A stretch of DNA of 64,000 nt from Nanobdellati archaeon (lineage in GTDB: Archaea; Nanobdellota; Nanobdellia; CSSed11-243R1). Position 1 is the stretch's first letter, and every line of letters starts with the position of its first letter. The translations under genes and the position numbers were made by a program. The notes beneath the pieces were generated by a model that was given only the letters and a program-made list of their open reading frames with translations, did not search any database and was not told the origin of the DNA. The stretch covers positions 167,066 to 231,065 of the forward strand of contig JALTFL010000002.1 of NCBI GenBank assembly GCA_027007025.1, given 5' to 3'. Shown here piece by piece: positions 56,117-64,000 of the stretch.

Positions 56117-57108
56117 TTCTTAACACCATCGATTTGGATTATATCCGGGGCTTGTGATGGAACGCTGCTTTTTGGGTTTATGGCAAATCTCATCCTCACC
56201 GGTCTCTTTGATGAGCCCGGTATAGAACCCTTTACAATTATATAATCTCCTTTGATAATCCCGTAGTTTTGAAATCCACCTTTCGGGGCGATTCCTTCAT
56301 TTCCAATACCTATTATCCATTTATTGTAATCGTACCTGTTGTGGAATCCCATCTGTCCAGGCATTGGAATCGTCCATCTTACCTTTCTTGGGACATCCGG
56401 ACCTATTGATGCGACTCCTCTTCTTTTTCTGTCTGTCTTTTTGGATTCCAGTTTTACGCCAAATCTTTTGATGGTTCCCTGAAATCCTTTTCCTTTTGTG
56501 ACTGCGATTATGTCAACTTGGTCTCCCGGCTTTAACACGTCTGAAGCCGAAATTTCATTTCCCAATATTGACTTTGCATACTCAAATTTGCTAGAAACAT
56601 CTTTGCCGCCGATTCCAATTTCAAATATTTCAGGCTTCTTCTTGTTGGCTCTTCCTTTTGGTAATGTGTAAACAAGAACTGTGACTTCAATTACTTCATC
56701 CAATTTGACTTTTGAAATTTGCTCTTCGATTTTCTTTTCTTTTTTTGGAGGTGTTATCTTTTTCTTCAGCTCCTTGTCAAGTTTTTCGGTCCAAATTTCT
56801 GTGAGAACTTTCTTGAATCCTCTAGCATCTTTTTTGTATAATCTTATTGCTGCAATTTTCATCTTTGGAGAATCCAAGATTGTGACTGGGATTGAAATGA
56901 CTTCGCCTTTTGTCGGCGAGTGTGGAGAATTATCGACGAAGGAAATTTGTGTCATACCTGCTTTGTATGCGGCAAAGCCAAGAAGTTTTGGTTCGTCGGA
57001 ATGAGGCCAGTTTTTTATTCTTGGATAAATTCTTTTAGCCCTAACTTTAGGTACAAATGCTCTACTTCCTCTTGTTGGTCTTTCTTTTTGTCCGACTTGA
57101 TGTCCCAT
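56113..57108 (-). CDS. rpl3: 50S ribosomal protein uL3
   Basis: YKAGMT, TKGKGFQG.IKRFG, GQMG, KGSIPG. Confidence 0.95.
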   Translation of the reverse strand: MGHQVGQKERPTRGSRAFVPKVRAKRIYPRIKNWPHSDEPKLLGFAAYKAGMTQISFVDNSPHSPTKGEVISIPVTILDSPKMKIAAIRLYKKDARGFKKVLTEIWTEKLDKELKKKITPPKKEKKIEEQISKVKLDEVIEVTVLVYTLPKGRANKKKPEIFEIGIGGKDVSSKFEYAKSILGNEISASDVLKPGDQVDIIAVTKGKGFQGTIKRFGVKLESKKTDRKRRGVASIGPDVPRKVRWTIPMPGQMGFHNRYDYNKWIIGIGNEGIAPKGGFQNYGIIKGDYIIVKGSIPGSSKRPVRMRFAINPKSSVPSQAPDIIQIDGVKK

Positions 57109-57313
57109 TTATTCACCTTTTGATGTGTTTTTTCATATTCCAGGGGTTTTTAAAGCTTACTTATGTGTCTAAGGGCCCTATTTTGCAGAAAACGACTTGT
57201 AACGGTTTTTTAACGGCTGATCAGTACACTAAACACCAATCTTATGCTTTATAAATATTTCCCAAATAAAATCTCCAAAAAACCTTTTAAGGAATTACTA
57301 ACTTTATTTGCTC

Positions 57314-59821
57314 ATGAAATACAAGGGATTGTCTTCAATTGAGGCGCAAAAGCTGCTTGAGGAGTATGGTCCAAATGAACTGAAGCGCACAAAAAAAGTC
57401 AGTCCAGTTAAAATATTTATTTCTCAATTCACTTCGCCTATTATACTGCTGTTAATTGCCGCCGCGATTATTTCATTTGCAATGGGATACCTTCCAGGAC
57501 AAGAATCTAACACAGTGGATACAACATTAATTTTGATTATAGTTTTTGCGTCAGGCATAGCAGGTTTTGTTCAGGATTACAAGGCGGAAAAGGCAGTCGC
57601 CGCCCTTCAAAAAATGGCACAACCTAAGGCGATAGTTATCAGGGATGGAAGACAAATACAAATTCCATCTTCGCAGGTTGTTCCGGGAGATATACTCATT
57701 TTAAATGCGGGGGATGTAATTGCTGCCGACGCGGTTGTTTTGGAAACTGCTAAGTTGAAAGTAAACGAATCCGCGCTTACTGGTGAGTCCAAAGCTGTTA
57801 CTAAAAAAGAAAAGGATCATGTCTTCAAGAATACTTATGTTTATGTCGGAGAGGCTGTCGCGAAAGTTGTCGCGACTGGAATGAAAACAAAGATTGGGCA
57901 GATAGCAAGCAAGCTTCAAGAGATAAAAGAAGAAAAAACTCCGTTTCAGGATGAGATGGCAAGTTTGAGCAAAAAGCTTGTTTACTTAACAGTTGGTATA
58001 ATTATTGTGACTCTTATATTCTCTGTTTTCAAATATAGTTTGTATGAATCTTTGCTCACTTCGATTTCTCTTGCTGTCGCGGCAATTCCAGAAGGGCTTC
58101 CAGCGGTTGTAACATTGTCTCTTGCGCTTGGAGCGAGCATAATGGCAAAGGAGAACAGTTTGGCGAGAAAGCTTTCGACTGTGGAATCAATTGGCGCGGT
58201 GGATGTTATATGCACCGACAAGACGGGGACAATAACCAAGAATGAGATGACTGTGACTAAGCTTTATACTTCTGAAGAAATGGATGCCAATCATCTAAAG
58301 TTCAGCCGAAGCACCAAGCAGCTTTTGCTTTGTGGCGGACTCTGTAATGACGCCGAAATGAATGAGGAAGGAAACTACATTGGAGACCCGACGGAAATCG
58401 CTTTGCTGAAAATTTCCAAGAAATATATTGATGATGAGATAAATTCTTTTTCAAGAGTTGATGAGGTTCCATTTTCCTCGGAAAGAAAGATGATGAGTGT
58501 TGTCGTGAAGAAAAAAGGAAGCAAGGATTTATTAGTATACTCAAAGGGCGCCCCTGAAGTTTTGATTAAAAAATGCACCCGCATATTTGAGGATGGAAAA
58601 ACAAGAAGGATTACCCAAAAAGATAAGAAAAAAATACTGTCGCAGAACAAGAAGTTCGCGTCCGCTGGATTGAGGGTTTTGGGATTTGCCTTCAAGCAGA
58701 CTAAGTCTAAGAAAAACGTGGAATCCGGATTAATTTGGATTGGGCTCCAGGCTATGATAGACCCGCCTCATCCTGAAGTAAAGGACGCGCTTGTTAAGTG
58801 TAGGACAGCAGGAATTCGTGTCATAATGATTACGGGTGATAGTCCAATAACCGCCAGTGCTATTGCCCGCGAGGTTGGACTTGAAAGCAAGGGAGTTTTG
58901 ACGGGAGATCAACTCAAAAAAATGAGCGACTACGAGCTTGAAGAAAAGTTAAATAATGACTATAATATATTCGCCCGTGTTGACCCATTTCACAAGCTTA
59001 AAATTCTTGAGATTCTGAGAAAAAACAAAAGGGTTGCTATGACCGGCGACGGCGTGAATGACGCCTTGGCAATAAAGCGTGCAGATGTCGGGATTGCGAT
59101 GGGCATAAACGGAACAGAGGTTGCAAAGCAGGCGAGCGACATGATTCTTCTTGACGACAATTTCGCGACTATCGTCACGGCAATAAAAGAAGGAAGAAGA
59201 ATATTTGACAACATACGCTCGTTTGTTGATTACTTATTAACCACAAATACTGCTGAAGTTATGCTTGTTCTGCTGGCGACGATATTTTTGACACTTAAAT
59301 ATCCTATTCTGCTTCCGGTTCAGCTTTTGTGGATAAATCTTCTTACTGATGGACTTCCGGCTTTGGCTCTTGGGGTTGAACCTCCACGAAAGGACATCAT
59401 GAATGAGAAGCCGAGAAAAAAAGGGGAGCCAATCTTGAACAGGCAGTTGATGTGGTTGATAGGTGCTATAGGGACAAAGAAAACGATTCTGGTATTCCTT
59501 ACTTTCTTTTTGGCTCTGCCGTTCGGAGTTGACGTCGCAAGAACAACGTTATTTACAGGTATAATATTGTATGAGTTTGTCAGGATTGGCGCCATTAAAT
59601 ATATGAACAAGCAAAGCTGGCTTTCCAACAAGTGGCTTCTTGCGGCTCTTGGCGGTTCTGTTGTGGCACAACTAGTAATTTTATACACGCCATTAAACAG
59701 CTATTTTCATATAGTCCCGCTTGGACTGGTTCCTTGGATAATAATAATCGGAGGAGTAACTGTTGGTTACATCCTTGCAATAATAATAACAGAAATAATA
59801 ATGAAAAAAATAAAAGATTAG
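57314..59821 (+). CDS. P-type cation-transporting ATPase (type II, Ca2+-like)
   Basis: TGES, PEGL, DKTGT, KGAPE, TGDGVND, WINLLTDG. Confidence 0.95.
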   Translation: MKYKGLSSIEAQKLLEEYGPNELKRTKKVSPVKIFISQFTSPIILLLIAAAIISFAMGYLPGQESNTVDTTLILIIVFASGIAGFVQDYKAEKAVAALQKMAQPKAIVIRDGRQIQIPSSQVVPGDILILNAGDVIAADAVVLETAKLKVNESALTGESKAVTKKEKDHVFKNTYVYVGEAVAKVVATGMKTKIGQIASKLQEIKEEKTPFQDEMASLSKKLVYLTVGIIIVTLIFSVFKYSLYESLLTSISLAVAAIPEGLPAVVTLSLALGASIMAKENSLARKLSTVESIGAVDVICTDKTGTITKNEMTVTKLYTSEEMDANHLKFSRSTKQLLLCGGLCNDAEMNEEGNYIGDPTEIALLKISKKYIDDEINSFSRVDEVPFSSERKMMSVVVKKKGSKDLLVYSKGAPEVLIKKCTRIFEDGKTRRITQKDKKKILSQNKKFASAGLRVLGFAFKQTKSKKNVESGLIWIGLQAMIDPPHPEVKDALVKCRTAGIRVIMITGDSPITASAIAREVGLESKGVLTGDQLKKMSDYELEEKLNNDYNIFARVDPFHKLKILEILRKNKRVAMTGDGVNDALAIKRADVGIAMGINGTEVAKQASDMILLDDNFATIVTAIKEGRRIFDNIRSFVDYLLTTNTAEVMLVLLATIFLTLKYPILLPVQLLWINLLTDGLPALALGVEPPRKDIMNEKPRKKGEPILNRQLMWLIGAIGTKKTILVFLTFFLALPFGVDVARTTLFTGIILYEFVRIGAIKYMNKQSWLSNKWLLAALGGSVVAQLVILYTPLNSYFHIVPLGLVPWIIIIGGVTVGYILAIIITEIIMKKIKD

Positions 59822-59822
59822 A

Positions 59823-60194
59823 TTAATATTTTTTTTTAGACTCTTTTATGAACCTGTTATATGTGTCTCCGTCAATTTCTGTTATGTCCATTACTGCAAC
59901 TTTCTTTAATTCCCCACTTTCTTTGTCTTTATATGGGCGTATTGTTATATCTATATGATAAAATGATGGTGTATACTCCTCTTTTTGTGTTTGGTATGGT
60001 GCGTTGTCAGGGTCATCCAATGCGTATAATCTATTTTCTATTTCGTCGGGCATTTTGAGTCCAACAACTTTGTGTTTTGCGCCTATCCCACTGTCACCAA
60101 TAGACATAACTTTTGTTCCCTTATTTAACTCAAGTTCTCTAAGAATTTCATCTAAACTGATTTTGTTTTCGAAAGGTATTGCCTTTTTAGCCAT
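59823..60194 (-). CDS. hypothetical protein
   Basis: GAGGTGA SD; 123 aa. Confidence 0.6.
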   Translation of the reverse strand: MAKKAIPFENKISLDEILRELELNKGTKVMSIGDSGIGAKHKVVGLKMPDEIENRLYALDDPDNAPYQTQKEEYTPSFYHIDITIRPYKDKESGELKKVAVMDITEIDGDTYNRFIKESKKKY

Positions 60195-60212
60195 TTTCTC
60201 ACCTCTAATTTA

Positions 60213-60740
60213 TTATGCAACTTTTCGTTTATAAACCTTTCTATTTTTACTACTATAAAATGACGATAAATTATGCTTTATGTGGATAATATCCTTCCTG
60301 TCAGCAAAAAGCTCGTAGGCATTCAATATTCCAACCAAATATGGCAGTTCTTCATCATAATTAATTATTCTGCTGCAACTTAATTTTTTGTCAAACTCAA
60401 GTAGAGCATACACCTTTCCTCCTTGTTCATCGATGTAATACATAGTTAAGTTAGGTATGTTGTTTCCTACCTTTCGCAACCCAATCAATGATGTATCTTC
60501 TCTTATTGAGTGGTTTATCTGTAGGGTGTAATATGTATCATACCCCTTTCTCATCCTGACTTTACCGTCCCAATTCGCCTCGTGTTCCTTGTCCAGGAGT
60601 ATTGACGGCGGGGTGTCCATTGCTATCGCGAACAATATATTATACGCGTTCATTCCGTTAATCGTCTTTAAGAATCTTTTTTTGTTCCGATTAAGAATTG
60701 TCTCGAGTAAACTTTCGCTTGCTTCAAAATCTTTTTTCAT
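60213..60740 (-). CDS. hypothetical protein
   Basis: 175-aa ORF. Confidence 0.55.
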   Translation of the reverse strand: MKKDFEASESLLETILNRNKKRFLKTINGMNAYNILFAIAMDTPPSILLDKEHEANWDGKVRMRKGYDTYYTLQINHSIREDTSLIGLRKVGNNIPNLTMYYIDEQGGKVYALLEFDKKLSCSRIINYDEELPYLVGILNAYELFADRKDIIHIKHNLSSFYSSKNRKVYKRKVA

Positions 60741-60797
60741 TTTTTAATCTATGAATATTAAAATATAATAGTTAATAAAATTTACTACTTTTTAGTG

Positions 60798-62258
60798 TTA
60801 TCCTTTGACAACACCAAGGGGCTTCAGTCTTGCGACAAGATTTCCTATTCCTGCCTCTTGACTGACTCTTGCGACTTCGTCGATGTCTTTGTAGGCGCCC
60901 GGCGCTTCCTCCGCAACCCCACGCTTTGACGCTGATTTTATTATAATGCCTCTTTCTCCAAGCTGCTTCTTAATGATATCTGCTTGATACTGTCGCATTG
61001 CGGCGTGCCTGCTCATCAACCTTCCAGCCCCGTGCGCAGTTGAGCCGAACGTCTTTTCCATTGATGTTGAGCTTCCAGCCAGTACGTAGCTTGCGGTTCC
61101 CATACTTCCGGGAATAAGCACAGGTTGCCCAACATCCCTATAATCTATTGGTATCTCAGGGCGCCCTGGACCAAATGCCCGGGTTGCGCCCTTCCTGTGA
61201 ACATAAACTTTTCTCAATTTTCCGTTAATCTTATGCTCTTCGACTTTTGCGAGGTTGTGAGCTACGTCATATACGAGTTCCATGCCGAGGGATTCCCAGT
61301 CTTTTTTGAAAACTTCTTCGAATGCCTGCCTACTCCAGTGCATAATCATCTGTCTGTTTGTCCACGCGAAGTTTGCCGCCGCGCTCATTGCCTTGAAATA
61401 TTTTTCAGCGAGCTCGCTTCCTGACGGCGCGTAAATCAATTCCCTGTCGGGTAAAGTTTTAATTATGTCCGGAAATGTTTTTTCCATCTCGCGGAGGTAG
61501 TCTGAACATACTTGGTGTCCGAATCCGCGGCTACCCGTGTGAATCATCAACGTTGCTTGTCCTTCCTCAAGCCCGAATGCCTTGGCTGCTTTTTTGTCAA
61601 ATATTTTTTCGACATATTGAACTTCAAGGAAATGGTTTCCTGCTCCGAGGCTTCCTAGTTGTGGCATACCTCTCTTTTTGGCTTCCTTGCTGGTGTATCT
61701 CGGGTCCGCGATTTTCAATCTTCCATTTTCTTCTATGTGTTTCAAGTCCCTTTCGGCACCGTATTCATTTTCAACAGCCCACTCAACACCATATTTCAAG
61801 ACTTTGTTAAACTCATCGACGTTTTTTATTCTAGTGAGTCCCTTGCTGCCGAGCCCGCTTGGAACATTCTTAAACAGGGCGTTTAGAATTGGTTTCATAT
61901 TATCTTCGGCATCTTTTTTTGTTAGGTTTGTTCTTATCAATCTAACTCCACAATTTATATCATAACCAATTCCGCCCGGCGATATCCCACCGTTTTCATA
62001 GTCGAGTGCCGCGACTCCACCTATTGGGAATCCATATCCCTCGTGTCCGTCTGGAAGAATTATGGAATACTTGTAAATGCCCGGCAGTGTCGCTACCCCC
62101 GCGCCCTGCGTTAGTGTCCTGTCTTGTTTCATTTTGTTCAACAATTTTTCAGACGCAAAAACTCTTCCTGGAACGTTCATATTTGGCACGGTTCCAACTG
62201 GGATTTCCCATTCGACGTCGCTTATTTTCTTCAATTCCAAATTATTGATTTCTTTCAT
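60798..62258 (-). CDS. rtcB: RNA-splicing ligase RtcB
   Basis: PDGHEGYGFPIGG, GYDINCG, GNHFLE, HTGSRG, HRKGATR, HGAGR, EEAP.AYK. Confidence 0.96.
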   Translation of the reverse strand: MKEINNLELKKISDVEWEIPVGTVPNMNVPGRVFASEKLLNKMKQDRTLTQGAGVATLPGIYKYSIILPDGHEGYGFPIGGVAALDYENGGISPGGIGYDINCGVRLIRTNLTKKDAEDNMKPILNALFKNVPSGLGSKGLTRIKNVDEFNKVLKYGVEWAVENEYGAERDLKHIEENGRLKIADPRYTSKEAKKRGMPQLGSLGAGNHFLEVQYVEKIFDKKAAKAFGLEEGQATLMIHTGSRGFGHQVCSDYLREMEKTFPDIIKTLPDRELIYAPSGSELAEKYFKAMSAAANFAWTNRQMIMHWSRQAFEEVFKKDWESLGMELVYDVAHNLAKVEEHKINGKLRKVYVHRKGATRAFGPGRPEIPIDYRDVGQPVLIPGSMGTASYVLAGSSTSMEKTFGSTAHGAGRLMSRHAAMRQYQADIIKKQLGERGIIIKSASKRGVAEEAPGAYKDIDEVARVSQEAGIGNLVARLKPLGVVKG

Positions 62259-62274
62259 CATTACCACCTCAGAA

Positions 62275-62709
62275 TCATATATCAATTAACACCTTTATTA
62301 TGTATTTATTATTTTCTTTTTTTATTTCCATATAATGATATGTTATTGCCTTTACATGAGTGCCTTCCTCGTGCTTTTCAGGGTTGTACTTTTCGCCCCC
62401 CGCCTCTGCTCTAAGATACCATTTTCCTTCTTTTTCATCGATTTTTTTAACTTTGACATTATGGAACACCAACCCTTCGGCGTCCTGCAGTATTAGAAAT
62501 TGCGAGAGGAAATCAAACAAGAGAGATTCCTTATCCTCTGACGAAATATGGATGGTTTTTTTCACGTTTTTGCCCACATTGTCCGAAACCACAATCGCAT
62601 AGCCTAATCCCACAGCCGCGTTTTCAAATGCTTCTTCTAGTGTATCTCCCCACGATTCAATATACATGTCCGCCGTGTGCTCCAAAAACCTGAATTTTTT
62701 TTTGCTCAT
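62275..62709 (-). CDS. archease
   Basis: EHTAD, VKAITYH, C-terminal DI; directly upstream of rtcB. Confidence 0.93.
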   Translation of the reverse strand: MSKKKFRFLEHTADMYIESWGDTLEEAFENAAVGLGYAIVVSDNVGKNVKKTIHISSEDKESLLFDFLSQFLILQDAEGLVFHNVKVKKIDEKEGKWYLRAEAGGEKYNPEKHEEGTHVKAITYHYMEIKKENNKYIIKVLIDI

Positions 62710-62743
62710 ACACTTTTTAAATTATCATTCTATTAAAAACTTA

Positions 62744-63247
62744 ATGAAATCCGAAGATTACTACAACAAAATCGCGAAAGGATACAACGAGCTTTACGGG
62801 AGAGAGCAGATGAACAAGTGGCATATAGCCAAAAAGATGATTCCCCTGTCAAAGGAAGATGTCGTCCTTGATTTGGGTAGCGGCACGGGCATAATACTTC
62901 CGGAGCTTTCGAAGATGGTTCGCTATGTTTTCGCAGTGGACAGCTCAATAAGTATGTTAACTAAATCTCCAAAACTTGAAAACGTGAAGTATATCCAGGC
63001 GGACGCCGAAAAGCTTCCATTTCCAGACAAGCATATTGACAAGACAATTTCCCTTTCAATGATGCAGGATGTTGACGATTGGGACAAGGTGCTAAGGGAA
63101 ATAAAGAGAGTGACTCGCGGATATGTCTTGATTTCAATGATAAAACGCAACAAGGATTTAAACAACGTAAAAGAAAAACTTTCTAAGTATTTTAATATTC
63201 AAAAATTCGTTGAGGAAGAAAAAGATTTCATATTCCTACTTTTGTAG
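62744..63247 (+). CDS. class I SAM-dependent methyltransferase
   Basis: VLDLGSGTG, VDSS..ML, ADAEKLPF. Confidence 0.85.
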   Translation: MKSEDYYNKIAKGYNELYGREQMNKWHIAKKMIPLSKEDVVLDLGSGTGIILPELSKMVRYVFAVDSSISMLTKSPKLENVKYIQADAEKLPFPDKHIDKTISLSMMQDVDDWDKVLREIKRVTRGYVLISMIKRNKDLNNVKEKLSKYFNIQKFVEEEKDFIFLLL

Positions 63248-63964
63248 TCATTTTCTTCTGTACCATAACCTTACTTTATTAGGGGATATGTTTATTGTTT
63301 GTTTGGCTTCCATTTCAGCAAATGTTCTCATCAATTTTAATCTCAAATAATTTTTTATGGTAACTTTTGTGTAACCTGTCGCCTTTGATATTTTGTTAAG
63401 TGATATGTGTGGATTTTCTAACATCATATCATATACCACTTTTTCAAGCGCGATTTTTTTTATCTCTTTTATAGATGTGAATCCGTAACTCTCGTAATGA
63501 ATCCCCAATTCTTCTCTCATTTTCTTTTGAGTAATTCTTCTTCCGTTTTCAATTTCGTTTAGGGCGTAGTCAATAATCATCCTCCTTCCTTCCATATAAT
63601 CATACTTTCTTTTGTTGAACTCACTCACTGGAAGCCCGGCAGCTTTCTTCAATTCTGCCCAGCTTTCAAAGTAAGAATCAAATCCAATTCCAAAGAGGGC
63701 ATTAAATAGTGAAGGTGTGATATTTGGGCGCTTTTTAAGTTCATCAATAAGGTATAATTTAATTTTTTCTTTTTCTTCTTCGTCTGGGGAGATAACCCAT
63801 TGTTTTCTTCTTTCTTTTCCTATGTCCTTTCTGACTACTTTTGCCAGCTCGCTTTCGTTCATTTCCAATAAAGATGATAAATACTCCTTTTCTAAAAGCA
63901 AAGTTACATCTTCTTCTGTGAATTTTCCATAGTACTCCTTTAGGAATTCATCAATATTATGCAT
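63248..63964 (-). CDS. hypothetical DNA-binding protein with repeated helical/HTH modules
   Basis: YFESWAELKKAAGL and YGFTSIKEIKKIA repeats; C-terminal ISLNKISKATGYTKVTIKNYL HTH. Confidence 0.6.
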   Translation of the reverse strand: MHNIDEFLKEYYGKFTEEDVTLLLEKEYLSSLLEMNESELAKVVRKDIGKERRKQWVISPDEEEKEKIKLYLIDELKKRPNITPSLFNALFGIGFDSYFESWAELKKAAGLPVSEFNKRKYDYMEGRRMIIDYALNEIENGRRITQKKMREELGIHYESYGFTSIKEIKKIALEKVVYDMMLENPHISLNKISKATGYTKVTIKNYLRLKLMRTFAEMEAKQTINISPNKVRLWYRRK

Positions 63965-64000
63965 AATTTAACATATATTTTATAAGATATAAATTTGTCG

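Noticed and set aside
42593-57108. Many plus-strand ORFs over the ribosomal operon
   Set aside because: F/L/S-rich antisense shadows of Lys-rich r-protein genes
1-64000. Autonomous mobiliser (transposase, integrase, reverse transcriptase, homing endonuclease) for the intron element
   Set aside because: No such catalytic motifs were recognised in this window; the 63248-63964 protein has only helical repeats and no HNH or LAGLIDADG motif

Overview
Archaeal chromosome segment, most likely from a DPANN-type lineage (inferred from the archaeal r-protein operon uL3..eL14 with secY, radA, pelota, Cbf5, aMBF1, Nre, RtcB+archease, N-terminally extended uS14 and many small orphan genes). No CRISPR array, transposase or rRNA was seen. 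The striking content is in the RNA genes. All 7 tRNA genes I could reconstruct (Asn-GTT, Glu-CTC, Leu-TAG, Thr-GGT, Gly-TCC, Gly-CCC, Ser-GGA) are split, by 16 BHB/BHL-type introns in total (D-loop, 27/28, 37/38, 53/54, 59/60). Fifteen of the 16 introns, plus two extra-intronic sites next to tRNA genes, carry the same ~35-45 nt module: pyrimidine tract - loop - complementary purine tract - 8-nt spacer (11 nt in one subfamily) - MIRROR copy of the purine tract. The three tracts co-vary between copies, which is the signature of an intramolecular triple helix. Sequence subfamilies of the module sit at different positions in different tRNAs with locally re-tailored splice helices, and one 65-nt intron is identical in two tRNAs. 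This looks like a mobile triplex-forming mini-element that colonises tRNA genes as introns (inference; novelty not checked against databases). Minor observations: several unannotated micro-ORFs, a frameshifted MBL hydrolase, a convergent RelE/antitoxin-like pair and candidate operators and leaders. All protein calls are by motif recognition only; no searches were run.
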